A DNA stretch of 41,087 bases, taken from assembly GCF_004010195.1 (NCBI RefSeq), contig NC_057756.1:1234424-1275510 (forward strand). Reading direction: 5' to 3'. The stretch's first letter is position 1. Each line of letters begins with the position of its first letter. Source of the stretch: Chiloscyllium plagiosum. Its lineage: Eukaryota. Below the pieces are notes generated by a model. The model made no database searches and was not told the DNA's origin. It saw nothing but the letters and a program-made list of their open reading frames with translations. Made by a program: the position numbers and the translations under genes. Positions 23,340 through 36,311 of the stretch are shown piece by piece.

Positions 23340-23820
23340 CTAAGACTTCCCCATAGACTTGTTTGCTTTATCATGACAAGTGTACTTATAAATACTTCTT
23401 AAATATACTTCTTAAATGTCATAAGACTTTATGTATCTACAATTCTTACAAGTAGTGAATTTCAGATTCCCACCACCCTCTGGGTAAAAGTATTCTTCCT
23501 TCCATCACCTCTACACCTGCCTCTTAGCTAAGATTTGTGCCTACTGGTCATTGATCCCTCTACGAAAGAGACATTTCTCTTCCTGTCTATGCCTCTCATA
23601 ATTGTACCCTTCTCAATCATCTCCCCTGCCAATGTCCTTTGCTCTAAAGACAACTGTCCCAGTCTATCCAATCTCTCTTCATGACTGAAACTCTTCAGCC
23701 CAGGCAACATCCTAGGAAATCTCCTCTGCACCCTCCAGTGCTATCATGCCCCTCCTGCAATGTGGATTCAAGAATTACACACAGTACTCTAGCTGTGGCC
23801 AAATTAATGTTTGGATAGTT
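23340..23820 (-). mobile_element. CR1-like LINE 3' fragment
   Basis: QRRFPRMLPGLKSFSHEERLDRLG. Confidence 0.8.
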
Positions 23821-23874
23821 GATGAATGGTACAGGACCTTTGAGTTAAATAGTTTCTTTCTGAGCTTAAAAACC

Positions 23875-23985
23875 CCATGACATTATCACACTTAAAACAC
23901 CAGACCAGGTATCATGCGACAGATCCTGATACATCATGCACTAATTGCCTGGGCAACATATATCATTTACAAAATCAAGAACCCC
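23875..23985 (+). repeat. 48-bp degenerate tandem array, first remnant
   Basis: ACACCAGACCAGGTATCATGCGACAGATCCTGATACATCATGCAC resembles the array consensus. Confidence 0.55.
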
Positions 23986-24615
23986 TCCCACCCCACTCAT
24001 GTCCTCTTCCATCTGGCAGAAGAAGTTTGAAAACACATACCAACATTTTCAAGAACAGCTTCTTCCCTGCTGTTCTCAGACATATGAATGGACCTCTCAT
24101 ATATTAGAGTTGATCTTTATCTGCACCTTCTCTGTAGCTGTAACATTATGTATGGTATTCTGTTCTATTACCATTCTATCCTAGATGAACCCTTATTTCT
24201 TGGGACGGCAAAATGGCTCAGTGGTAAGCACTGCTGCCTCACAGTGCCTGGCGATTGTGTGGAGTTTGCAAATTCTTTTTGTGTCTGTGTGCATTTCCTT
24301 TGGGTGCTTCATTTTCCTCTCACAGACCAAAGATGTGCAGGTTAGGTGAATTGGCTAGGCTAAATTGCTCATAGTGTTCAGGGATGTGTAGATTAGGTGT
24401 ATTAGTCAGGGGTAAATGTAGGGGAATGGGTCTGTGTGGGTTACCCTTCAGAGGGTTGGCATTGGTTGGTACACCGAATGGCCTGTTTCCAAACTGTTGG
24501 GATTCTATGACTACCCTGATGTACTTAGGAAAGGTGTGGTTTGACTAGTTAGCACACAAAACAGTTTTCACTGTGTCGGGGCACATGTGATGATAATAAA
24601 TCAAATTAAATCAAC
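23985..24615 (+). mobile_element. Rex1/Babar-like LINE 3' end, interrupted by an HE1 SINE
   Basis: PLPSGRRSLKTHTNIFKNSFFPAVLRHMN matches the Rex1/Babar C-terminus; tail TTTTCACTGT..CATGTGA..AATAAATCAAATTAAATCAA. Confidence 0.7.
24202..24510 (+). mobile_element. HE1-like SINE
   Basis: TGGCTCAGTGGTAAGCACTGCTGCCTCACAG head; GATTCTATGA tail. Confidence 0.88.
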
Positions 24616-24869
24616 AGAGTTCAGATAGTTGGTCCTGGTAGATCACATGAAAAGCAACTAAAGAGGGATGGTATGTACATTGAATAATAAACAGAAACCT
24701 ACAGTGATTTACAGGTGATTATTTACAAATAATGTGAAGAGATCATCAATATATCCCAACTTACTCTTTGGAGGGTCGGTGTAGACTTGCTGGGCCGAAG
24801 GGCCTGTTTCCACACCATAGGGGTTCTAATTCTAATTCCATTTATCATGCTAAGAAGAACAGAAGAGGT

Positions 24870-26808
24870 ATTATATGGTAAGTGCTGCTCACTAACAAGC
24901 AGAAAAAGGAGTGTAAAACAAATCCCAGAGCACCAAATGCAAAACATCAGAACAGGAAGCACATGACAACTTCCAGTACATCACAGCCAAAGCATGATGT
25001 AGAGATCATACAGTAAGTCTCGGTGGTCACATGATGAACTCAAGATGAGGGATTAGATAGTAGTTAACATTATATCATATAAAGATTATAGAGAAAAGGG
25101 ATCAAAGAGCATGAGGTAATGCATATTAGAGCAGACACCAGAACAGGAGCCATGCAGCAGTTTCTAGTGGAACATTCACAAACACCAGAACACATGGCAG
25201 ACCATGTGTGTCCGTTAATCAAACACAAAGTGAAAGACCTTGGAGAATGCAGCATCTCATTGTCGATCACACACAAAAAAAAGACCAGCAGGACAGAGAT
25301 CACAGAGTAAATCCCAAAATATCTCACATGAACATGAGATTTGGGAAGTAAAGCAGGGGACAATAGATAAAGCAATAACAACCAGGAGAGCAATAAAAGG
25401 GCAGTACATGGACCATAGAGCAGATTTGGACACATTACAACTGTACACCAGAACATAAATCTTGCAGTAGGTCCCAGTACATTACACTTTGCACACCATA
25501 ACAGGAACATTAGACACATCTCATTACGTTCCACATAATACGCTAGAAAAGGAAACATAAAGTAGGCTGCAGTGCATTACATACTACACCAGAAAAGATA
25601 TCACACAATCGGTCTCAATACATTACGCACTGTCAACTAGGTCAGAAATCATAAAGCAGATTCCTATATCATATGCTACATTCCAGAACAATAAACATTG
25701 AGAAGCTCCCAGTAGATTACACATTGCATGCCTGGATAACAATCAAGCAGCAGATCCCAGTAAAATACACAATATGCAACAAAACAGCTTTCCAACAGCA
25801 GATCCCTGTAAATAATGTAATATAGAGACCAAGAATCGTGCATCTGATCCCATGAGGTTACACACCATATATCAGAACAGGAATCATACAGCACCATAGG
25901 CTGTACACCAAGGTAGGAATTGTACAGCAGATCATAGTAAGTTTCACATGATACACTAGGCCCTGAATTGTAGAGCAAATCCCAGTACATCACATATTAT
26001 ATATAAGGGCAGGAACCCCCAACCTGATCCCAGTATATTACACATAATAATCCAGACCAGGAATCATACGGCATCTCCCAGTGCATTAGTCAATATATGA
26101 CAGAACGGGAATTGTGCAACATACCTCAGTATGTTAATCACTTGATGACAGAGCTGAAATCATACAGCAGATCAGTGGACATTATACACTGTACATCAGA
26201 ACATGAACTTTACAAAAGATCCCAGTACCTAATATGCTGAGCGCCATAACAGGAATCATTCAGCAACTCCCAGTAGATTGCACACTGCTTGCTTGAATGG
26301 GAATCACACATCGGGTTCCAATACATTATGCGTGATGCAAATTGACAAGAATCATGCATCAGATCCCAGTAAGTTATACACATACACCAGAACAGGAATT
26401 ATGTGTCAGATCCTACTATTTATCCACCACATAACAGAACACCAATTGTACAGCAGATCAAGAATCATAGAGCAGATCCCAGTACATCATGTACTATATA
26501 CAAGGACAGGAATCATCGAGCTTATCTCAGTATATTACACAATATAATCCAGACTGGCCTATATCCCAGTGCATTAGTCAATATGCAACAGAACAGGAAT
26601 CAAACAGCACATCCGAACACATTTCACACCACTGGCCAGACAAGAATCATCCTGAGATCCCACTACATCACACAGCATACAACAGGACAGAAATTATCAA
26701 TCAGTTCTCACTACACTGCATGCTATACTCCACAATAGGAATCATATAGCAGATCCCAGTATTTTACACTTGGTACACCTTGATAGCAATCAGATAGCAG
26801 ATCCCAGT
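24870..26808 (+). repeat. 48-bp degenerate tandem array, block 1
   Basis: Units resemble CAGCAGATCCCAGTACATTACACACTATACACCAGAACAGGAATCATA; 48-nt period counted around 26165-26400. Confidence 0.85.
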
Positions 26809-27206
26809 GAAGAGAGTAGGGCGCCTTAAAGATCAAAGAGGTTGTATTTGTGTTGAACCTCAAGAGATGGGCAAGATATGAAATGAATATTTCACATCAG
26901 TTTTTACTGTGGAGAAAGGAATGAAGGCTAGAGAACTGAGGGAAATAAATATGGATGTTTTGAAAACAGTTTGCATTATCGAAGAGGAAGTACCGGAGGC
27001 CTTAGAAAATGTAAAGGTGGATGAATCTCTAGGACCTGATCCAGAGTACCTGAGGACATTGTTAGAATTTAGGGAGGAAATTGTAGGACCCGTGGCCGAA
27101 CTATTTGTAATATCTATAACCGTGGGTGAGATGCCATATGACTGGTGAGGTGGCTAATGTTATGCCTTTGTTTAAGAAGGGATGTCAGGAGAAGACTGGG
27201 AACTAG

Positions 27207-27551
27207 GAGGAGACGGTGGCTCAGTAGTTAGCACTACTGCCTCACAGTGCCAGGCATCCCAGTTTGACTCCAGACTTGGGGGCTGTCGATGTGGAGTTTG
27301 CACATTCTCCCTGTGTCTGTGTTGGTTTCCTCCGGTTGCTCCAGTTTCCACCCATCATCCAAAGATGTGCAAGTTAGGTGAACTGACCATGCTAAATTGT
27401 CCATTGTGTTCAAGGATGTGTAGATAAGGTGCATTAAGGAAAATATAGAGTAATAAGATTGGTGAATATGTCTGGGTGGGTTACTGCTTGAAGGGTCGGT
27501 GTGGACTTGTTGGGCCAAATGGCCTGTCTGCACATTGTAGAGATTCTATGA
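27207..27551 (+). mobile_element. HE1-like SINE nested in CR1
   Basis: GGTGGCTCAGTAGTTAGCACTACTGCCTCACAG head; core and tail present. Confidence 0.88.
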
Positions 27552-28002
27552 TATATATTTGTCGAGGCAAGGGATGACTAGGGACAGTCAGCATGGTTGT
27601 GTGTGAGGGAAATCGTGTCTCACAAACTTGATTGAGTCTTTTGTGGAAGTAACCAAGAAGATTGATAAGAGCAGAGTGACAGACATTGTTTACTTGAACT
27701 TTGGTCAAGCCTTTGACAAGATTCCATGTGGTAGACTAATTAGTAAAGTTAGATCACATGGGATTCATGGTGAGCTTGCCAGTTGGATACAAAATTGTCT
27801 TAACAGCAGGAGACAGAGAATGGTATTGCAGGGTTGGACTTGATGCTAGTTATCAGTAATGTTCCACAGGGATCAGTGTTGGGTCCACTTTATTTTTTTT
27901 TTCTTTTCTGAGTGATTTAGATGAGAAAATAGAAGGCATGGTTAATAACTTTTCAGATGACACCAAAATTGATGGTATTGTCAATGGTTAAGAAGGTTAG
28001 AG

Positions 28003-28180
28003 GTGAAAATGTGTTGCTGGAAAAGCGCAGCAGGTCAGGCAGCATCCAAGGAACAGGAGAATCGGGCTTATGCCCGAAAAGTCGATTCTCCTGTTCCTTG
28101 GATGCTGCCTGACCTGCTGCGCTTTTCCAGCAACACATTTTCAGCTCTGATCTCCAGCATCTGCAGCCCTCACTTTCTCT
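28003..28180. mobile_element. Penelope-derived near-perfect palindrome nested in CR1
   Basis: Both strands translate to the same CCWKSAAGQAASKEQENR peptide because of about 60-bp inverted arms. Confidence 0.85.
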
Positions 28181-28333
28181 CGGTTAAGATTACAAAGAAA
28201 CTTTGATCAATTGAGTCAATGAGGAGTGACAGATGGAGACTAATATAGATAAGTATGAGGCATTGTATTTTGATAAAGAAAAGGACAAGATTTATACAAT
28301 TAAAAGTAGGGCCTTAGATGGTGTTATAGGACA

Positions 28334-31300
28334 TAGAACATAAAACATAGAACATTACAATGCAATTTAGGTCCTTTGGACCTCGATGTTGCGCTAACCT
28401 TTGGAACCAATCTGAAGCTCATCGCACCTACACTACTCTGTTATCATCCACATGTTTATCCAATTATCATTTAAATATCCTTCAAGTTGGCGAGTCTTAT
28501 TATTGTTGCAGGCAGGGCATTCCTCGCCCTTACTACTCTCTCAGTAAAGAATCTACCGCTGACACCTGTCCTGTATCTTTCACCCCTCAATTTAAAGCTA
28601 TGATGTCTCATGCTAGCCATCACCATATGAGGAAAAAGGCTGTCACTGTCTACCCTATATAACCCTCTGATTTTCTTATATGTCTCAGTTGAGTCACCTC
28701 TGAACCTTCTTCTCTCGAATGAAAACAGCCTCATATCTCTCAGCCTTTCCTCATAAGACCTTCACTGCAAACCAGGCAACATCCTGGTAAATCTCTGCAC
28801 CCTTTCCAATATTTCCACATTTTTGCTGTAATGTGGTGACCAGAACTGTACGCAACACATCAACGACAGCATGACCTTATGGTTTTGAAACTCAATCCCT
28901 CTACCAATAAAACCTAACACACCACATGTCTTCTTAACAACCTTATCAACCTGGGTGGCAACTTTCAAGGATCTATGCACGTGGACACTGAGATCTCTCT
29001 GCTCATCTACACTACCAAGAGTCTTACCATTAGCCGAGTACTCTGTATTCCTGCTACTCCTTCCAAAGTGAATCACTTTACACTTTTTCTGCATTAAACA
29101 CCATTTGCCAGCTCTGCAGCTTATCTATGTCCCTTTGTAACCTGCAACATCCTTCTGCACTATCCACAACTCCACCGACTTTAGTGACATCCACAAACTT
29201 ATTAATCCATTCTTGTATGCTCTCACCTGGTCATTTCTAAAAATGACAAACAGCAGTGGCCCCAAAACAAATCCTTGTGGTATAAACTAGTAACTGAACT
29301 CTAGGATGAACATTTCTCGTCAACTACCACCCTCCGTCTTGTTACAGCTAGACAATGTCTGATCCAAACTGCTGAATCACCTTCAATCCCATGCCTCTAT
29401 ATTTTCTGCAATAGCCTGCTGTGGAGAACCTTATCAAACATTTTACTGAAATCCACATCTACCACATCAACCGCTTGACCCTCATCCACCTGTTTGGTCA
29501 CCTTCTCAAAGGACTCAACAAAGTTTGTGAGGCATGGCCTACCCTTCACAAAACGGTGTTGACTATCCTAATCAAATTATTACTTTATAGATGATTATAA
29601 ATCCTGTCTCTTATAATCATTTCCAACATTTTGCCTACAACTGAAGTATGGCTCAAAGGTCAAAAATTATCAATATTGTCTCTACTCCGCCTTTTGAACA
29701 AGGGAACAACTTTTGCTATCCTCCAGTCTTTTGGCACTATTGCTGTGGACAATGATGACATCAAGATCAAAGCCAAAGGCTCTGCGATCTCCTCCCTTGC
29801 TTTCCAGAGATCCTAGGACAAATCCCATCCCACTCAGGGGATTTACTTATTTTCACACTTTCCAAAATTGCTAACATCTCTTCCTTATGAATCTCAATCC
29901 TTTTTCCTCTCAGAACCTATTTCTCAGTATTCTCCTCGACAATGTTGTCTTTTTCCTGTGTGAATGCTGACGAAAAATATTCATTTACTGTCTCTCCTAT
30001 CTCTTCAGACTCCACACACTACTTCCTACTACTGTTGTTGACTGGCTCTAATCTTACGCTAGTCATTCTTTTATTCCTATATTCCTAGAGAAACCTTTAG
30101 GTTTTCCTTGATCCTACCTGCCAAAGACTTCTTATGTCTCCTCCTGTCTCTTCTTAGCTCTCTCCTTAGGTCCTTCCAGGTTGATGTGTATCTGTCAAAC
30201 ACTGTAGCTGAGAGTTCACCCTCATCTTAACAAAAGCCTCCTTCTTCCTCTTGACAAGAGATTCAACTTATTGGCAAAAGTGAGGACTGCAGATGCTGGA
30301 AATCAGAGTCTAGATTAGAGTGGTGCTGGAAAAGCACAGCAGGTCAGGCAGCATCTAAGAAGCAGGAAAAATGACATTTCAGCAAAAGCCCTTCATTCCT
30401 GATGAAGGCATTTTGCTTATTCAACTTATTAAGTAAACCATGGTTCCCTCACTTGACCACTTCCTCCCTGCCTGACAGATACATACTTATCCAAGACACA
30501 CAGTAGCTGTTCCTTGAATAAGCTCCACATTTCAGTAGTGCCCATCCCCTGCAGTTTCCTTCCCCATGTTATGCATCCTAAATCTTGCCTAATCACCTCA
30601 TAATTGCCATTCCCCCAGATATAACTCTGTGGTATATACCTATCCCTTTCCATCACTGAAGTGGTCACGATCACCAAAGTGCTTACCTACCCCCAAATCT
30701 AACACCTGGCTGGGTTCATTATCCAGTACCAAATCAATGTGGCTTCGCCTCTTGTTAGCCTATCCACCTACTGTGTCAGGAAACCTTCCTGTACACATTG
30801 CACAAAAATTGGTCCATCTAAAGTACTCAATATACAGTGTTTCCAGTCAATATTTGGAAAGTTGAAGGCCCCCATAATAACTACCCTGTTACTTTTGCTC
30901 CTATCCAGAATCACCTTTGCAATCCTTTCCTCTACATCTCTGGAACTTTTCAGAGGTCTATAGAAAACTCCCAACAGTGTGATTTCTCCTTTCCTGTTTC
31001 TAACCTTAGCCCATACCACCTCAGTAGATGAGTCTTCATCAAACATCCTTTCTACCACCATAATACTGTCCTTGACTAGCAATGCCAAGCCTACCCCTCT
31101 TTTGTCAACTTCCCTGATCTTACTGAAACATTGAAACCTCAGACCCTGCAACAATCATTCCTGTCCCTGCTCTATCCATGTCTCCAAAATTGCCACAATA
31201 TCGGAATCTCAACCTATGTTGGATGATCACCCACCTTTTTCTGGATGCTCCTGGTGTTGAAGTAGACACACTTCCTGCCTGCCAGTATCCTCCTGAGACC

Positions 31301-32015
31301 TTGAAACCTTATTCATGACCTCACTACTCTCAACCTCATGTACACTGGAACTACAATTCAGGATCCCATCCCGCTGCTGAATTAGTGTAAACACTCTTAA
31401 GAGCATTAATAATTTTCCCCCCACGGTATTGGTACCCCTCTGGTCCTGGCATACAACATACTGTTTGTAGAAGTTCCACTCAAGCCAGAATGAACCCAAA
31501 TTATCCAGATATCTGAATCCATCCCTCCTGCAACATTCCAGATGGCACAAATAACAAACCAGAGATAGCAACTCTGTTTATTCTCACTCTCAGCTTCCAC
31601 CCTAACTCCCTGAATTTCTGCCTTACATGTCCATCCCTTTTCCTACCTATGTCATTAGTGCCTATGTGGACTATGAGTTGGGGGCTGCTCCCCCTCCCAT
31701 TTAAAGATCCTGAAACCACATTCCAAGACATCACATACCCTGCCGCTGGGAGACAACACCCCAACTGCTAGTCTCTCTCATTTCCACAGAATCTCCTATC
31801 TGTCCACCTAATTATGAAATCCCCAATGACTAATGCTGTCCTCCTCTCCCCCAACCCTTCTGAACAACAGGGACAGACTTTGTGCCAGGGACCTGGGCCC
31901 CATGGCTTACCCCTGGTAAGTCGACCTCCCCTCTCAACAGTAGCCAAAACGGTATACTTGTTACTGAGGGGAATAGCCACAGGGGATCCTGGAACTGCCT
32001 ACCAGTTCCCTTTCC
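28334..32015 (-). mobile_element. Long decayed CR1/HER1-like LINE with ORF1 (SGNH-esterase-like), endonuclease, RT and CATAGAA-repeat tail
   Basis: ALVIGDFIIRWTDRRFCG and LIVHIGTNDIGRK (ORF1 esterase blocks); LGVFYRP..VVIMGAFNFPNIDW (APE endonuclease); KKCKVIHFG..CCVQFWSPHY; AGGACA direct repeats at 28328-28333 and 32016-32021. Confidence 0.92.
30261..30430. mobile_element. Penelope-derived mini-element nested in CR1
   Basis: Perfect 12-bp direct repeat ATTCAACTTATT at 30261-30272 and 30419-30430. Confidence 0.85.
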
Positions 32016-32410
32016 AGGACAAAGAGACAACGATTCATGTACATAATCCTTTGAAGTTTGTCACATATGCACTGCATATGTGTTGCACTTTGGGAGATCA
32101 AATGTTCAGGAAAAATATACAGTTAATGTCAGAACTCTGAACAGCACTGATATATAGAGGGATCTTGGGGTTCAAGTCCATAGCTTCTTGAAAATGGCCA
32201 TACAGTAGATATGATGGTAAATAAGCTGTATAGCATGCTTGCATTTATTGGTCAGCGAATTGAGTTCAGGCTGTCAGGTTGCAGCTTTATAAGATTTTAG
32301 TTAGGCGATGCTTAGAGTATTGTGTTCAATTCTGGTCGCCAATTGCAGGAAGGATGTGGAGGCATACGAGAGACTGCAGAAGACATTTACCAGGATGCTG
32401 GCTGGATTAG
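32016..32410 (+). mobile_element. CR1-like LINE RT C-terminal fragments
   Basis: GATCTTGGGGTTCAAGTCCATAG (DLGVQVH); GAGTATTGTGTTCAATTCTGGTCGCC (EYCVQFWSP). Confidence 0.8.
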
Positions 32411-32414
32411 AAGT

Positions 32415-34020
32415 AAAAAAATGCCGGAATCCAAGGTAGATAGGCGGGAGGCTGGAAGAACACAACAGACCAGGCGGCGTCAGGCCGTGGAGAAGTCAAT
32501 GTTTTGGGTGTAGCCCTTTGGGCCACAACTTATCAGGCCAAAATCACTCGTACTGTCCATGCCCTCATTGCCTCTGGTGACCTCCCTTCCACTGCCTCCA
32601 AAACTCATAGCCTCCAGCCCCGTACTGCCCAGTTCTACCTGCTCTCCAAGATCCACAAGCCCAACTACCCCGGCTGACCCATTGCTTCAGCATGCTCCTG
32701 CCCCACACAACTCATAGCATCCGACTTGACTCCATCTTTTCCCCCTTAGTTCAGACACTTCCTACCTATATCAGTGAGACCAAACACGCCCTCCATCTCT
32801 TCAGTAACCTCCAGTTCCCTGGACTCCAACGCTTTATCTTCACTATGGACATGCAGTCCTTATACACTTCCATACCCCACAAGGATGGCCTCTAGGCCCT
32901 CAGCTTCATCCACTCCAACAGACCCATCTACTCCTCCACCACCAATACCCTCCTCCACGTCACTGAACTACTCGTCACCCTCAACAACTTTTCCTTTAAC
33001 TCCTCCCATTTCCCCCAAATTATAGGGGTGGCCACGGGCACGTAGATTGGCCCCAGCTATGCCTGCCTCTTTGTTGGCTATGTCGAACAGTCCCTCTTCA
33101 ATACCTATACAGGCACTGTGCTCCAAGCTTTTGCTGTTACATCAATGACTGCACTGGTGTAGCACTCTGCACCCGGGCTGAACTGGAACAGTTCATCAAC
33201 TTTGTCCACAACTTCCACGCTGCCCCCAAATTCACTTGGTCCAATTTGGACACATTCTGCCCCCCACTTTCTTGATGTCTCCATATTCACCTCCAGTGAC
33301 AGTCTCCTGATGGATGTTTACTACAAGCCCACAGACTCCCATGATTTATCTGGACTACACCTCCTCCCACCCATGATCCAGCAAGAACTCCATCCCCTTC
33401 TCCCAATTCCTCTGCCTCTGCCACATTTGCCCAGATGAGGAGACATTCCACTCGCGAGCATCCCAGACATCCACCTATTTCGAACAATGTGCTTTTCCTC
33501 CCTTTGTCATCCAACATCAGGGAGATCAAATGTAAACTTAGGAAACGGTTCACCGAGCATTGCAGCAGGATCTGCAGGGACCGACCAGACCTCCCACTCA
33601 CTGCCCATTTTAATTCCCCTTCCCACTCCCTTTCTGAAATGACCATCTGTGGCTTCCTCCATTTCCACAATGAAACAAAGTGCAAATTGGAGAAACAACA
33701 CCTCATCTTCTGCCTGGGCAGCCTACAGCCTCAAGGACTCAATTTCAAATAACCTTCCTTCCCAGCCCCTGACTCACTTCCCAGACATTCCCTCTCTCTT
33801 CCACTCCTCTCTGCCACCTACCAGATTCATTCCACATTGACCAAACAGGTCGTACCCTCTACTTGTCTTCACCTATCCCTACTTCACCACCCTGCCCCTC
33901 TAGCCCCTTTTTATGCAGCACCCCCCAGTCCTGAAGAAGAGTTACACTTGAAATGTCAACTTGCCCACCTCCTGCTGCTGCCTGGCTTGCTGTGTTCTTT
34001 CAGCCTCCTGCCTGTCTAGT
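32415..34020 (+). mobile_element. Penelope-like retroelement (decayed RT plus GIY-YIG, inverted terminal repeat)
   Basis: FYLLSKIHKP, FIFTMDMQSLYTSIPH, GPSYACLFVGYVEQ, FLDVSI..DVYYKPTDSH, KRFTEH..AHFNSPSHS..KLEKQHLIFCLGSLQPQGLN; 32435-32520 is inverted against 33930-34020. Confidence 0.9.
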
Positions 34021-34830
34021 CTTGTCGAATGCCTTACTGAAGTCCATTTACTCAACATCCGCCACTCTGCCTTTATCAATCTTCTCCGTCACTTTTTCTA
34101 AAAACTCTTTCAAGTTAACGCGACACGATTTCCCATGCACAAAGCCATGTTGACTATCCCAACTCAGTCTTTGCCTTTCCAAATGCAGTATATGTAAATC
34201 CTGTCCCTCAGAATCCTCTCCAACAACTAACCCAAAACTAAGATCAGGCTCACTGGTCTATAGTTCCCTGGCTTTTCCTTACCACCTTTCATAAAAAATG
34301 GCATGACAATAGTTAATCTCCAGTCTTCTGGCACCTCACCTGTCGCTATCAATGATACAAATATTTCAGTGAGGGGCTCAGTAATCATGTCATTAGCTTA
34401 CCACAGAGTTTTTGGGTAGACCCGATCAGGTCCTGGGGATTTATCCACTTTTAAAACATTCAGCACTGCCTCCTCTGTAATATGGACATTATTTATTTCC
34501 ACAAATTCTCTAGCTTCCATATCCTTCTCCACAGTAAACACTAAGGCAACATACTCGTTTAATATTTCCCCCATCTCCTGTGGTTCCACACATCGGCGGC
34601 CTTGCTGATCTTTGAGGGGCCCTGTTCTCTCCCGAGTTACTCTTTTGTCCTTAATGGATTTGGAGAAACTCTTTGGATTCTCCTTAACCCTATTTGCTGA
34701 AACTATCTCATGTTCCCTTTTAGTACTCCTGACTTCCCTCTTAAATATACTCCAACTGCCTTTATACTCCTTGAGAGATTCACTGGATTACAATTGTCTA
34801 TACCTGACATATGCTTTCTTCTTTTCTTTC
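34020..34830 (-). mobile_element. CR1-like LINE ORF2 fragment
   Basis: EPQEMGEILNEYVALVFTVEKD...KVDKSPGPDRVYP. Confidence 0.9.
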
Positions 34831-35811
34831 AGCAGATCCTAGTACATTACATTCTGTAGACCAGAACAAGAATAGTAAGCAGCTCCCAGTATAATTTTCG
34901 CTGCATACCGGCATAGGAATCACACAGCAGATCCCAGTATACTCCAGAACAGGAATCATACAGCAATTCCTGGTGATTGCACACCATACACCAGAACAAG
35001 AATCACACAGCAGATCCCAGTATACTACAGGCAGTAAACTAGGACAAAGATCACATAGCAGATCCCAATACATACACATTGGACACCAGATCATCAATTT
35101 TACAGCAGATCCCAGCACATTGCACTTTATACGCCAGAACTGTAATCATGCATCTCATTACATTCCACGTGAGAAGGAATCATACAACAGATGCTGTTAG
35201 AGCACAGGCTGTACACACAAACAGGAATAATGCAGCAGTTTCCTGCAGATTAATCACTGTATGCCTAGACAGGAATCTCACAGTAGTTACCTCTAAATCA
35301 AAAAGTATACGCCAGCAATCATACATCAGATACTATTAAGTTATACAACGTGTACCATAACAAGGATGATACAGTGGATTGTAGTACATCACAGGCTGTT
35401 CACAAAGGCAGGAATCATATCGCAGATCCCTGTGGATCACACACTGAATAAGAATTACACATCAGACTCCAACACATTATGCATGACATAAACTGGCAGG
35501 AAGTATGTAGCAGATCCCAGTAAATTATACATATACACTAGTGCAGGAATCATACATCAGGTCTCATGTGTTTACACACCAAAAAAGAATCATACAGCAG
35601 ATCTCAGCACACCACAGGCTGCACACCAGGACAGGAATTACATCACATTTCACACTACAGGCTCGAACAGGAAACGGATTGCAGACTGCAGCACGTTACA
35701 CATTATGCACCAAGGCAGGATTTCAGACAACAAATTTCAGTACATGACTCACTTTGCAAGAGAACTGTTCTCACAAAGCAAATCCCAGTGCAATTTTCAC
35801 TATGCATTACA
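34830..35811 (+). repeat. 48-bp degenerate tandem array, block 2
   Basis: Same CAGCAGATCCCAGTA / CCAGAACAGGAATCATA motifs, same orientation. Confidence 0.85.
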
Positions 35812-36310
35812 GTTTTAGAGTCATACAGCAAGGAAACAGACCCTTCGGTCCAACCAGTCTGTATTGACCATAATCCCAAACTAAAATAAGTCCCACCTGC
35901 CTGTGCTTGGCCCATATCCCTCCAAACATTTCTTATTCATGTACTTATCTAAACATTTTTTAACATTGTAACTGTACCCACATCCACTTCATCCTCTGAA
36001 AGCTGATTCCACATATGAACTGTGTAAACAAATTGCCCACATATCTTTTTTAAAATCCTTCTCCCCTCACCTTAAAAATAAGTCCCTTGGTCTTAAATCC
36101 CCCGTCTGAGAGAAGGGAACCCTGCCATTGACCTGTCATGATTTCATAAACCTCTTTAAGGTCACCCCTCAACCGCCTACGCTCCTGTGAAAAATGTCTC
36201 ACCCTATCCAACCTTTTCTTGTAACTCAAACCATGCATTCCTGACAACATCCTTGTAAATGTCTTCTGAACCCTGTCCAGTTTAATAATGTCCTCCCTAT
36301 ATATATTGTA
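35812..36310 (-). mobile_element. CR1-like LINE 3' end
   Basis: EDIIKLDRVQKTFTRMLSGMHGLSYKKRLDR..RRLRGDL; tail GGACCGAAGGGTCTGTTTCC. Confidence 0.9.
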
Positions 36311-36311
36311 A

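Larger units (their letters stand above)
26810..28333 (+). mobile_element. CR1-like LINE ORF2/RT fragment (resumes at about 32016)
   Basis: ENVKVDESLGPD; VTDIVYLNFGQAFDKIPCGRLISKVRSHGIHG; GTTCCACAGGGATCAGTG (VPQGS). Confidence 0.9.
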
